Source: Candidatus Aceula lacicola
Lineage (GTDB): Bacteria > Omnitrophota > Gorgyraeia > Zapsychrales > Aceulaceae
Assembly: GCA_030765785.1 (NCBI GenBank)
Contig: JAVCCC010000004.1
Span: forward strand, 10,008 to 74,007
Direction: 5' to 3'
Length of the DNA stretch: 64,000 nt
The notes below the pieces were generated by a model. It did no database searches and was not told the DNA's origin. It was given only the letters and a program-made list of their open reading frames with translations. A program made the translations under genes and the position numbers. Below are positions 8,593 through 18,431 of this stretch, piece by piece; positions within the stretch are counted from its first letter, which is position 1; each line of letters begins with the position of its first letter.

Positions 8593-11500
8593 TTAAAATG
8601 AAAAGAAGCTTTTGAAATTTGTAATCGGAACAATGTTGATGATGATCGGCGCAAAACCTTCGATTTTAAAGGCTTCGCTGTAGGAAATCAACGTTGGATG
8701 GCTAAATTTTAATTTTTCTGAAATTCCCTCCTGATCAATCTCAAGAAATGACTCTGTAAAATTAATACCACCGTATTCTTCCTCTCCTTGCATTTCTGCC
8801 AAGCTATGTTTAAAAATAATTTGGTTCAGTGCTGGCGCAGATGCTTTACCTGCCGAAACTAAGGCTGATGATTGCCGTCTGGATTTCCTTGATTTCTTAG
8901 CATTCTTTTTTTTAGGATATTCGATTTTCTTACGCGTTTTGTATTTTTCTTTTTCATTTCCAAAAGGAATTTCAATTCCTATGCGAACAGAATGAATCGG
9001 GCTTACTTTGTATCCGACATCTTTCTTTTTGCCGCTCTGAATACCCAAGCTAGCCTTAACATTAAAATTTTTTCCCTTAATCCGTAACCCGACTTCAGTA
9101 TTATACGACTTCCAGATATCAATTGAATTAACAAAGTTTTCGTATTGCGGTAGACCTCCTAAGAATGGCTTGCTAACAGATAGCGCCCAGCCTGGACGAT
9201 CAAACGTGATGCCCCACATCAAATGTGCCCCTCCTGCAAAGATAATGCCTTGATCTAGAATGAATTTTGTATTTCGAATTGTGAATTCTTCAGAAAGACT
9301 GAGCTGCGGAATAAATGACACGGATTTATTTTCAACATATCCCGTAAACCAAATCTGACCGTTTGCGTCTATCTTTATTTTCTTTCTATTCAAAAGCTCT
9401 CTATTCAAAAGATTGAAATCAATATCACCACCAAAGGTTTCTCCAGAAACCATAAGCCCACCCGATGGCATAGCTTTGTTTCCCAAAAACCGTAAAGGAA
9501 TTGTGTCTGCATGATAGCGAAGAACAGGAAACAGGTTTCCTGTTAACTTCTTAGTTTCATTATCCATAAAATTCATCGTCGAAATATTCGTAATGCCTTT
9601 TAATCCAACAGAAAAGTTTCCAATTGGAATTTCGGCTTCAAATCCCATTCTTAGCATGTTCTTCGTTGCGGCATCAAACGTGGATTCTGGTGCGACATTT
9701 AAAAACTTAAGATAATCCATTGTGAGTTTTCCCGAGAGCTTTGTGTCGTCCAGCGCTCTGACAAGGCGAGACTTTAAGCCAAACGTTGACCCTGTCTTCT
9801 TGCTCTCTCCAGGGAATCCTAATTTCAAACTTATTCCAAATCCATCAAATTTCTCAGATCGATCAAAACCTCCTGGATCGCTTGGCTTGCTACTTAACGC
9901 ATAAGTAGCTGCTAAAGATGAGTTGCCAAATTTCCATCCTGCTTCAATTTCAAGCGGCGTCATTAAATCATTATAGCCAATCTGACTCAGCTTTTCTCCA
10001 TCTCTTGGATTTATTTGTATAGGCTTTTTAAGATTAAGATAAAAACTTCCAGATTCAAGACCAATATCCATATAAAACAACTGGCTTCCATTAAAAAACA
10101 GAATTCCAGGCTCTGCGGTCACAGAAAGATTGCGCAATTTTAATTCTAACGGAAGGCTGATGTCGGCTGGGACTCCTTTTGTTGCCCATATTTTTCCTTC
10201 CGGACTAATGCGCAAGACTCCTTGAATACCTGGAATCTCGACTTCTTTTTCATATTTCAAGCCGGCCCATAAGTTCGTTGACTGAAGCCCAATTTCGCCA
10301 GACAGTCCATTAGTAAAAAGTTTAGGAAATTTATACCCAGCCATAAAATAAGGCTTAAATTTTGCATTGTATGTGCCGTCTGGCAAAAATGGAGGCAAAA
10401 TAAATTCGTCACCTGTATACATATTTTGTATGACAATATTTTGGGGTCCCAATGCTCCATAAACTCCTGCATAAAAATTTTGATTGTTAGGAAAAATGTA
10501 TGGATAAACACGAGCTTTAAAATTCATAAAAGTTAATCCATAGGGGATGCCATCATATTTTGTACGACGATATTTATAATTAAGCTCTCCCTCTAATCTA
10601 GATTTTGTGAGAAGATTTGTCGTAAATTTATTAAACCATTTCTTTTTACCATCTTCAAGCGTTGCTGAATCAAGCGCAGCTACGCCTAGAGAATCTATGG
10701 CAAGGCTGGAAGAATCCGGTACTACTGCAAGAAGATCAAGAGAACCGATTGTAGCATTTGCGATAGCGATTTCAGCATTGAGAAGAGTATCGGCCTGAGG
10801 TTTGGAAAAGAAATTCTTTATAGCATCAAAAACAGGTTTTAAGATCTTTTTCTTGGCAACGGTATCAGCTGTCATTTCGATTTTATTTAAATCAGTTTCG
10901 ACTTGAGCGAGGCTAATTGAATCAGGTGCGTACAGAATTGTGTCGATCACATCGGTTAAAATCAGTAGATCAGTCGTTAATATTTCCATAGCTGCAAGGT
11001 TAGATTGTTCGCTGACAACAGAATCTGTATATATCGGCTTAATTTCTTCAAGAGGCGCGATTATTCTTTCAGCAACGGTGTCTTGGGACGCCTCTGCTGA
11101 AGTTGTAACAACAACATTTGGACCTCGTAAATAAAATTTCTTAATCATGAGTGCTTTAAGGACCTCTTGTTTAAGTTGCTCCGGAATAGATTCAGGAACA
11201 ACAATTTGATTAAGCTCATCAAGAGTGCGAACTTCGTCAATTCGATAAAGAAGATCTGTTGCAAGGTTTTCGTAAAATGAAAGCAGCTCGTTTGCGGCGC
11301 TTAAAGTGTCGATGAGGTCCGATTTAGGTATAGATCGATTTAAATACATTGTTTTTGAGAAATCAATTATAGAATCAACGGCAACTTGAATTTTTGGGTC
11401 GATAATTTTAGACGTATCTGCGACGATGGGGGTATTAAGAATGATTGAATCCTGAACATCTTCAATTGTGTCTTTTGAAACCTGGCTGATTGTTTTGACT

Positions 11501-13617
11501 TCGGCAATAGAATCAAAAACAGTTTTATAGATCATTTCTTGTGTTTTTATGGGTAAAGCTGTTACAGAATCAGCTTGGATAACAGATATTCTTATTGGCA
11601 TTTTGACTAGAGACTGTATCTTTAATATCGAGTCTTGAAGATATTCTTGAACAATTGTATCGATAGTATTTGTTTCTTGCAAAACAGATGCGTCAGAAGC
11701 ATCGAGACCTTGTATCACAATTGTGTTGGAGGCGATTAAATCTTGAGTCGTTGAATCGATAACAATTAAATTCTTAGCAATGGTGCCAGCAGCGACTAAG
11801 TCTTGGGCTATTGTTGAATCCATTTCCGTACTAGACCCGCTCATATCGTATGCCACAGTTGTTGTGTCCGATAAATTTACAAAATCAGTATTTTCATCAT
11901 CGGGCGGGATTCCGGCAATCATTTTTTTAGTTTCAACAGGTTTTTCCATATTTAAAAGATATCCTAAAGTGATCGGCCCTAAGTCCCCATCTTCAGCAAT
12001 TCCCAATTTGTGCTGAAGTGCAATAACCAAGGTTTCCGCTTGCCAGTCCATTTTTATTTTTCCATCTTTCCCAGGCTTTAATAAATTGTTGATATTTTTT
12101 ACAAAATGAGTCGTATTAACATTATACTTATCTCCAGTGATCGGATTGGTCTTGCCATCCAAATTAAGAACATCCTGAGGAGAAACATTATCCATAATTA
12201 AATCTGCATATTGAGATATTTCGTCGCCTAAGCTATAAATTGATTCATCAACAACAACTTGTTCTTGTGATTGATCGGCATATTCAATTGTATAATCAGG
12301 ATTAACAGGAGGAGTTGTCTCAGACCCAAAAGCACCCGTAAGAGGAATTGCCAGATTAAATATAATCGCGAGAGCCATTGTTTTTAGGAATTTTCCTCGC
12401 CATTTTGTTAATTTCTTTACGATTGGAGAATTTGCTTTTTCGTAATCAACGATAGCTGTTTCCATGCTCACAAGATTTCCATCGCTAGCTTTTCTTGTTA
12501 GCACCCCTCGATTGCTAAAAGTCGGATCTATCTCGGGATTAACTTTCATTAAATCAGCTCCGCCAGAAAAATATTTTCTTGGGATTCGTCTGTGCGTATA
12601 TTCATCGTAGTCTACCTTTATGTAATCACAGACACCTTTTTCAAAAGCTTCAATGTATTGGGCATAGATATTTTCAGGATTTAGATTGCCTTCTGTTTCA
12701 ATCCCTAAAACTTTTGATTGATTACTATATGCTTGATTAAGGATGGAATCTTTAAGATTTTTCTTAAACCATTGAGCTAGAATTAAGGAATGATATATTT
12801 GACGAATTTGAACGAAGTTTTTTCCTTCGTTGACTTCTTTTTCGATCTCAGGAAGCAAGATTTCTTTAACAATTTTTGATGAAAGATTATTGGATTCATA
12901 TTGTTCCGAAAGACTACTTTTGTCCATGCCAAGTCGATCGCTCGAAATATTTTCTTCAAGAGCCAGGAAGTCTTTATCAAGCATAACTTTTAGTTTGCTT
13001 TGCGTAATGAAAACATTGTCGCCATGCGTATAAACCTTTGCCACATCAGGCAAAATCCACACCTTATTGAAAGTGTTAACTGGGATATCTGTTGTTCCAA
13101 ATTTTTCATAAGCTTTTTTGTAAACCTTGTCCCAAAATTTTTTACCAAATTTTTCATCCGGATGAATCAAAGATGCTGTGATTTGCTTTAAGAGATAATC
13201 TTGAGCTAGTAAATCAATTCCCATATCTGTTCCAGATAAAGAATCTGGAATCACTCGTTCTTGTTCATATGGCGACAGGTTAACCCAAAGATCGTTTTCA
13301 GGAACTGTTATCGAAGCTAGAAAATATTTAATCAGTTTTTCGCATTCCTTTTCAAAATTTTCTTTGGGAATATTGCTATCTCCTTTGTCAAAAATAAAAT
13401 CGAATTTAAATGGATTATCTGGGTGAATCTTGAAGCCTTGGATGATCAGTGGGCTAAATTGAGGGCTTAGCGAAATAAGCGTCCCTGGAGTCGGAAGTGC
13501 TAGATTTTGGGCTAAAACAGGGCTTGGAAGACTAAAAAAAGGCAAAATAACGCATAGAATGACCATAGTTATGCATTTTTTTACCTTGCGGTATCTATTG
13601 TGACTCAGGCTTATCAT
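8593..13617 (-). CDS. giant secreted cell-envelope protein (1,674-1,680 aa), hypothetical
   Basis: Likely start ATG at 13617 (MISLSHNRYRKVKKCITMVILCVILPFFSLPSPVLA-QN signal peptide); the track ORF extends to a TTG at 13635. PG_binding_1-like motif LVIALQHKLGIAEDGDLGPITLGYL. About 450 aa of acidic T/I/D/S/Q-rich low complexity. Lys-rich patch KKIEYPKKKNAKKSRKSRRQ. C-terminal roughly 600 aa of alternating hydrophobic pattern ending ...FKSFFSF. Confidence 0.7.
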   Translation of the reverse strand: MISLSHNRYRKVKKCITMVILCVILPFFSLPSPVLAQNLALPTPGTLISLSPQFSPLIIQGFKIHPDNPFKFDFIFDKGDSNIPKENFEKECEKLIKYFLASITVPENDLWVNLSPYEQERVIPDSLSGTDMGIDLLAQDYLLKQITASLIHPDEKFGKKFWDKVYKKAYEKFGTTDIPVNTFNKVWILPDVAKVYTHGDNVFITQSKLKVMLDKDFLALEENISSDRLGMDKSSLSEQYESNNLSSKIVKEILLPEIEKEVNEGKNFVQIRQIYHSLILAQWFKKNLKDSILNQAYSNQSKVLGIETEGNLNPENIYAQYIEAFEKGVCDYIKVDYDEYTHRRIPRKYFSGGADLMKVNPEIDPTFSNRGVLTRKASDGNLVSMETAIVDYEKANSPIVKKLTKWRGKFLKTMALAIIFNLAIPLTGAFGSETTPPVNPDYTIEYADQSQEQVVVDESIYSLGDEISQYADLIMDNVSPQDVLNLDGKTNPITGDKYNVNTTHFVKNINNLLKPGKDGKIKMDWQAETLVIALQHKLGIAEDGDLGPITLGYLLNMEKPVETKKMIAGIPPDDENTDFVNLSDTTTVAYDMSGSSTEMDSTIAQDLVAAGTIAKNLIVIDSTTQDLIASNTIVIQGLDASDASVLQETNTIDTIVQEYLQDSILKIQSLVKMPIRISVIQADSVTALPIKTQEMIYKTVFDSIAEVKTISQVSKDTIEDVQDSIILNTPIVADTSKIIDPKIQVAVDSIIDFSKTMYLNRSIPKSDLIDTLSAANELLSFYENLATDLLYRIDEVRTLDELNQIVVPESIPEQLKQEVLKALMIKKFYLRGPNVVVTTSAEASQDTVAERIIAPLEEIKPIYTDSVVSEQSNLAAMEILTTDLLILTDVIDTILYAPDSISLAQVETDLNKIEMTADTVAKKKILKPVFDAIKNFFSKPQADTLLNAEIAIANATIGSLDLLAVVPDSSSLAIDSLGVAALDSATLEDGKKKWFNKFTTNLLTKSRLEGELNYKYRRTKYDGIPYGLTFMNFKARVYPYIFPNNQNFYAGVYGALGPQNIVIQNMYTGDEFILPPFLPDGTYNAKFKPYFMAGYKFPKLFTNGLSGEIGLQSTNLWAGLKYEKEVEIPGIQGVLRISPEGKIWATKGVPADISLPLELKLRNLSVTAEPGILFFNGSQLFYMDIGLESGSFYLNLKKPIQINPRDGEKLSQIGYNDLMTPLEIEAGWKFGNSSLAATYALSSKPSDPGGFDRSEKFDGFGISLKLGFPGESKKTGSTFGLKSRLVRALDDTKLSGKLTMDYLKFLNVAPESTFDAATKNMLRMGFEAEIPIGNFSVGLKGITNISTMNFMDNETKKLTGNLFPVLRYHADTIPLRFLGNKAMPSGGLMVSGETFGGDIDFNLLNRELLNRKKIKIDANGQIWFTGYVENKSVSFIPQLSLSEEFTIRNTKFILDQGIIFAGGAHLMWGITFDRPGWALSVSKPFLGGLPQYENFVNSIDIWKSYNTEVGLRIKGKNFNVKASLGIQSGKKKDVGYKVSPIHSVRIGIEIPFGNEKEKYKTRKKIEYPKKKNAKKSRKSRRQSSALVSAGKASAPALNQIIFKHSLAEMQGEEEYGGINFTESFLEIDQEGISEKLKFSHPTLISYSEAFKIEGFAPIIINIVPITNFKSFFSF

Positions 13618-13703
13618 TCCCGTGGCTCCCTGCAATAATGATAAGATTATATAAAAACTACTGTATCTTCGTAATACAAATATAGCATATATTTATATAT
13701 AAT

Positions 13704-13740
13704 GCAGAAAAGCCCTAGAAAAAATCCAGGGCTTTTCTGC
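13704..13740 (-). terminator. 13-bp perfect-stem hairpin downstream of gdhA (possible terminator, weak U-tract)
   Basis: GCAGAAAAGCCCT / 11-nt loop / AGGGCTTTTCTGC at 13704-13740. On the minus strand it is followed by an A/U-rich stretch (AUUAUAUAUAAAUAU) rather than a clean U-run. Confidence 0.4.
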
Positions 13741-13779
13741 ATTAGATGCTTTTGATCTTAAAGTGATGGGTTACATACT

Positions 13780-15120
13780 TTAAACGACGCCTTGATCAAG
13801 CATCGCATCGGCAACTTTTACAAATCCTGCGATGTTAGCGCCTTTTACATAATCAATATACTTTCCTTCTTTTCCATATTTTGCACATTGCTCATGGATA
13901 GCTAGCATAATATCGTGAAGTTTTTTATCCACTTCTTCGCGAGACCAAGAAAGTCTTAGACTATTTTGAGACATTTCAAGACCAGAAGTTGCAACGCCAC
14001 CAGCATTAGCAGCTTTGCCGGGTCCGTAACATATTTTTGCATCTTGAAATACTTTAACGCCTTCTGGAGTTGTTGGCATATTGGCACCTTCGCCAACAGC
14101 TATGCAGCCGTTCTTTACTAATTCTTTCGCGTCAGCTTCATTTATTTCATTTTGAGTTGCAGATGGAAAGGCAACGTCACATTTTACTCCCCAAGGATTC
14201 TTTCCTTCAAAATATTTACAGTTATATTTTTCTGCATACTCTTTGATGCGACCACGCTTAACATTTTTAAGCTCCATGATATAGGCTAATTTTTCTTCGC
14301 TTATACCATCTGGATCATGCACTGTGCCTCCTGAATCAGAAAGAGTAACGCATTTGCCGCCTAATTGGGTTACTTTTTCTATCGTGTATTGTGCAACATT
14401 TCCTGATCCAGACACAGTACATGTTTTTCCTTTTAAGGAATCACCGACCGCCTTAAGCATTGCTTGTGTAAAATAAACACATCCGTATCCAGTTGCTTCT
14501 GGTCGAACAAGACTTCCACCCCAATTCAATCCTTTTCCTGTTAGGATTCCAGTAAATTCATTGCGAATACGCTTGTATTGACCAAACATAAAACCTATTT
14601 CTCTAGCGCCAGTGCCTATATCTCCTGCAGGAACGTCTGTATTAGGGCCGATATGTCTAAAAAGTTCAGTCATAAAACTTTGGCAAAATTTCATGACCTC
14701 ATTGTCAGTTTTGCTTTTAGGGTTAAAATCAGAACCACCCTTGCCGCCACCCATAGGCAGTGTTGTAAGGCTATTTTTAAATACTTGTTCAAATGCAAGA
14801 AATTTTAATAATCCTAGATAAACAGTTGGATGAAGACGAAGGCCTCCTTTATACGGTCCTAAGGCGCTGTTCATCTCGATACGAAATCCTCTGTTAATCT
14901 GCACCTCTCCTTTGTCGTCAATCCAGGGAACGCGAAACATAATAACTCTTTCTGGCTCGGCTATTCTTTCTAAAATCTTAGTTTCTCTGTATTTCGGGTT
15001 TTTGTTAATGAAAGGTAATACTGATTCTGCAACCTCTTGTACGGCTTGATGAAATTCGGTTTCACCAGGATTCTTTGCAATAATTTCCTGCATGAATTCT
15101 TTTACGGTTAAATCTGCCAT
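13780..15120 (-). CDS. gdhA: NADP-specific glutamate dehydrogenase
   Basis: 446 aa; GDH signatures KGGLRLHP, LPMGGGKGGSDF, GSGNVAQY (Rossmann fold). Confidence 0.9.
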   Translation of the reverse strand: MADLTVKEFMQEIIAKNPGETEFHQAVQEVAESVLPFINKNPKYRETKILERIAEPERVIMFRVPWIDDKGEVQINRGFRIEMNSALGPYKGGLRLHPTVYLGLLKFLAFEQVFKNSLTTLPMGGGKGGSDFNPKSKTDNEVMKFCQSFMTELFRHIGPNTDVPAGDIGTGAREIGFMFGQYKRIRNEFTGILTGKGLNWGGSLVRPEATGYGCVYFTQAMLKAVGDSLKGKTCTVSGSGNVAQYTIEKVTQLGGKCVTLSDSGGTVHDPDGISEEKLAYIMELKNVKRGRIKEYAEKYNCKYFEGKNPWGVKCDVAFPSATQNEINEADAKELVKNGCIAVGEGANMPTTPEGVKVFQDAKICYGPGKAANAGGVATSGLEMSQNSLRLSWSREEVDKKLHDIMLAIHEQCAKYGKEGKYIDYVKGANIAGFVKVADAMLDQGVV

Positions 15121-15186
15121 CTTTTCCTCCGTTTTAACGTTAAGGGTGATATGAAAAATTCATTTTCATTAAAGCATGAATTTGTT

Positions 15187-16392
15187 TTAGCAAAAATCTT
15201 TAAGGCCTTGCTCCCATCTTTTTTTAAGCTCGGGATTATTTATCCAAGACAACAAGTATTTAGTGTACTCTTCTCCCGTTGCACCGGTATCTCGTCCTGT
15301 TATTGTTAATTTCTTTTCATAGTTACCGCATACATCTAGCGCCATTTCAACTTTTGAAGCGTATTGCGGATATCCAATATGACGAAGAAGCATTGCGCTT
15401 GCGCGAATCATAGAACAAGGATCTGCAAATTTATCGCGACCTTCTTTAACCATGCGCGGAGCACTTCCGTGAATTGCTTCAAACATTGACCATTTTTTTC
15501 CAATATTAGCACTTCCAGCTGTTCCAACTCCACCTTGCATTTGCGCAGCCTCATCTGTCAAAATATCTCCGTATAAATTAGGAAGAATCATAACTTTAAA
15601 ATCTTTACGCCTTGCAGGATCAATTAACTTAGCTGTCATGATATCGATGTACCATTCGTCTAATTTTATTTCTGGATATTCTTTAGCGATACGAAAAGCG
15701 ACATGCGAAAAACGACCGTCTGTTGTTTTGACAACATTTGATTTCGTTATAACCGTTACGCGATCAATATTGTTTTTCGCGGCGTACTCAAACGCCATTC
15801 TAATAATTCGTTCTGCCCCTTGTTCTGTGATGACCTTAAAGTCAACACTTAGGTCGTCAGAAACGTCAAAACCTTTTGAACCTAAGACATAAGCTCCTTC
15901 TGTATTTTCTCTAAAGAAACACCAGTCAATTCCCTCATTTGGAATCCGCACAGGTCTGACATTGGCAAAAAGATCTAAATAACGCCTCATGGCAACATTG
16001 GCGCTCTCGATGTTCGGCCACTGATCACCTTTTTGAGGAGTTGTTGTCGGACCTTTAAGAATAACGTGACAACTTTTTATTTCTTCTAATACATCGTCCG
16101 GAATAGCTTTCTTTTGAGCGGCTCTATTTTCAATTGTTAATCCAGCGATATCCTTAAAGGTAACCTTTTTGTTGTTGACTTCATTTTTTAGAATATGCTT
16201 TAAAACTGTTTCTGCATGTTTTGAAATAATTTCTCCTATTCCATCACCAAAACAAATTCCGATAATGATTGGAGAAATTGAAGAAAAATCTGTCTCTTCG
16301 ACAGATGTCTTCATTTCTTCAACACGTTTGAGCTGTTCTTCTATAATGATTCCAAATTTATTCTTTGCGCTTTCAATTAGTTCTTTTGACAT
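15187..16392 (-). CDS. icd: isocitrate dehydrogenase (NADP-type) of the isocitrate/isopropylmalate dehydrogenase family
   Basis: 401 aa; GDGIGEIIS, KGPTTTP..SANVAMRRYLDLFANVRPV (IDH-like GPxTTP rather than the LeuB GAVGGPKW), NLYGDILTDEAAQMQGGVGTAGSANIG. Size fits prokaryotic IDH; LeuB not fully excluded. Confidence 0.6.
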   Translation of the reverse strand: MSKELIESAKNKFGIIIEEQLKRVEEMKTSVEETDFSSISPIIIGICFGDGIGEIISKHAETVLKHILKNEVNNKKVTFKDIAGLTIENRAAQKKAIPDDVLEEIKSCHVILKGPTTTPQKGDQWPNIESANVAMRRYLDLFANVRPVRIPNEGIDWCFFRENTEGAYVLGSKGFDVSDDLSVDFKVITEQGAERIIRMAFEYAAKNNIDRVTVITKSNVVKTTDGRFSHVAFRIAKEYPEIKLDEWYIDIMTAKLIDPARRKDFKVMILPNLYGDILTDEAAQMQGGVGTAGSANIGKKWSMFEAIHGSAPRMVKEGRDKFADPCSMIRASAMLLRHIGYPQYASKVEMALDVCGNYEKKLTITGRDTGATGEEYTKYLLSWINNPELKKRWEQGLKDFC

Positions 16393-16443
16393 TTTTTTAT
16401 TTCCTTCAGTGTTATTTTAATTGTTACCAAATTAGGTTGATCG

Positions 16444-16923
16444 CTACAGCCTTGCATGCCGAATAACATCACCTGATTTAACAAACGTTCCGTTTTTGCA
16501 CCCAGTAACGTTGCAAAACGTTATTGCATTATTAAAATCTAGATGAGGCGTTAGTCCAATTACAACCATATCCGCATCAGGTTTGCAGCTGCAATTAATA
16601 AGCTTTTTAATCATTGCTCCGCAATGAGGACAAAAAAGATCATCTTTTTTGCCGTTCGCTAGACTACCGGATAAAATTATCTTATCAAAATCCCCTTCAA
16701 TAGCAGAAAGAACAAATTCACCTTCTACCCCTTTTCTCTGAAATTTAATACGAAGTCCTGGAAAACCATTTATCTCATGCTCGGTATCTATTAGACTACA
16801 ACCATCTGGGCAGTACGCTTTGTTTACAACATATCTGACTTTGTCCTCGTCTTTCTTGGAAGCAGTTTTAATTCTTTTGGTCAGAGGTATCATTAATCTG
16901 CCATCTTTATTAAATTTGCCCAT
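16444..16923 (-). CDS. Cys-rich hypothetical protein (159 aa), putative metal-binding
   Basis: Cys clusters CPDGC, CPHCGAM, CSC, CNVTGC. Immediately downstream of nfnAB on the same strand. No recognisable family. Confidence 0.5.
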   Translation of the reverse strand: MGKFNKDGRLMIPLTKRIKTASKKDEDKVRYVVNKAYCPDGCSLIDTEHEINGFPGLRIKFQRKGVEGEFVLSAIEGDFDKIILSGSLANGKKDDLFCPHCGAMIKKLINCSCKPDADMVVIGLTPHLDFNNAITFCNVTGCKNGTFVKSGDVIRHARL

Positions 16924-16991
16924 AAAAGCTCCTTTGTAAATGTTTATCCCTGTATATTTTAAATTACAGCAAACACAAAATATTATATTTT

Positions 16992-18431
16992 TTATTTTTT
17001 TGTTTTTAAATAATCATTAATTGATTTTGCTGCGATTCTTCCTTGCCCCATGGCTAGAATAACAGTAGCAGCGCCTAAAACGATATCGCCCCCAGCATAG
17101 ATACCATCGATTGAAGTTTTGCCGTTTTCATCCGCGACAAGATTTCCCCACTTATTTGTTTTTAAATCAGGTGTTGTTTGCTTGATTAAGGGGTTAGAGT
17201 CATTTCCAATGGCAACAATAACGGTGTCTAAATCAATTGTAAACTCGCTTCCTTCGATAACGACTGGCCGTCGTCGTCCGGAATCATCCGGCTCTCCTAA
17301 TTCATATTTTAAGCATTCAATAGTTTTCACGTGGCCTTTATCATCACCTAAGATTCTTTTTGCATTCTGCAACAAATGAAAAATAATCCCCTCTTCTTTT
17401 GCGTGGTGCACTTCTTCTACACGAGCAGGCATTTCAATTTCTGTTCGTCTATAAATTAAATGAACCTCTTCTGCGCCTAAACGAATCGCAGTGCGAGCTG
17501 CGTCCATTGCGACGTTGCCTCCACCAAACACGCCAACTTTACGTGAATCAAAAATTGGTGTATGCGACTTTTTTTTATCGTAAGCCCGCATAAGATTGGA
17601 GCGTGTAAGATATTCGTTTGCCGAAAAGACTCCAACAAGATTTTCTCCTTCAATATTCATAAACCTTGGCAAGCCAGCACCCGTTCCGATAAAAATAGAA
17701 TCAAATCCATCTTTTTTCATCAGGTCAATCACTTTTCTGGTGCGGCCTACTACAAAATTTCTTTTAATTTCAACTCCCATTTTTTCAAGAGTATCGATCT
17801 CTTCTTTAACCATTTTTTTAGGTAAACGAAATTCTGGAATACCATAAACCATGACTCCACCTGTCTTGTGAAAAGCTTCAAACATTGTAACAGCGTGCCC
17901 CTCTCGCCTGACATCAGCAGCAACTGTAATACCAGCAGGACCACTGCCTATGACGGCAACCTTTTTTCCGGTTTCTTTTTTTACGCTAGGCGTGGCAATC
18001 ATTCCATTGTTGCGCTCCCAATCCGAAACATAGCGCTCAAGCCTTCCGATTGAAACAGCTTTATTTACATCTTTCAATGATTTGCCAATAGTACACGGCG
18101 CCTGACATTGCGTTTCTTGCGGACAAACTCTTCCACATACCGCAGGCAATAGGCTATTTTTTTTAATAATATCTATGGATTTTTTATTGTCTCCGTCTGC
18201 AATAGCCTTAACAAATCCTGGAATATCTATTTGAACAGGGCAACCAGTGATGCAAGGAGTATTTTTGCATTGAATACATCTCATAGCCTCAAACTGTGCC
18301 TGCTCTTGAGTGTATCCTAAAGCCACCTCGGACATATTTGTTTTGCGTTTAGCAGGGTCTTGCGAAGGCATTTCCTGAGGCGGAATGGCAAGGCGTTCTT
18401 TAGGTGTTAAATGGTTATTGCTTGGGAGCAT
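16992..18431 (-). CDS. NfnB/GltD-like ferredoxin:NADP oxidoreductase large subunit (glutamate synthase small-chain homolog; SudA-like)
   Basis: 479 aa; CIQCKNTPCITGCPV and CGRVCPQETQCQAPC (two [4Fe-4S] motifs), FAD/NAD Rossmann motif AVIGSGPAGITVAADV. Confidence 0.8.
   Translation of the reverse strand: MLPSNNHLTPKERLAIPPQEMPSQDPAKRKTNMSEVALGYTQEQAQFEAMRCIQCKNTPCITGCPVQIDIPGFVKAIADGDNKKSIDIIKKNSLLPAVCGRVCPQETQCQAPCTIGKSLKDVNKAVSIGRLERYVSDWERNNGMIATPSVKKETGKKVAVIGSGPAGITVAADVRREGHAVTMFEAFHKTGGVMVYGIPEFRLPKKMVKEEIDTLEKMGVEIKRNFVVGRTRKVIDLMKKDGFDSIFIGTGAGLPRFMNIEGENLVGVFSANEYLTRSNLMRAYDKKKSHTPIFDSRKVGVFGGGNVAMDAARTAIRLGAEEVHLIYRRTEIEMPARVEEVHHAKEEGIIFHLLQNAKRILGDDKGHVKTIECLKYELGEPDDSGRRRPVVIEGSEFTIDLDTVIVAIGNDSNPLIKQTTPDLKTNKWGNLVADENGKTSIDGIYAGGDIVLGAATVILAMGQGRIAAKSINDYLKTKK

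Noticed and set aside
15151-15169. Inverted repeat ATGAAAA-N5-TTTTCAT between icd and gdhA.
   Set aside because: The stem is A/T only and there is no U-tract. It is neither a convincing terminator nor a conserved operator; icd and gdhA are probably co-transcribed.
15187-16392. Possibility that the 401-aa dehydrogenase is LeuB (3-isopropylmalate dehydrogenase), which would complete the leucine pathway.
   Set aside because: The GPxTTP block and the approximately 400-aa length fit NADP-isocitrate dehydrogenase better than LeuB (about 360 aa, GAVGGPKW). Kept as a caveat rather than excluded.
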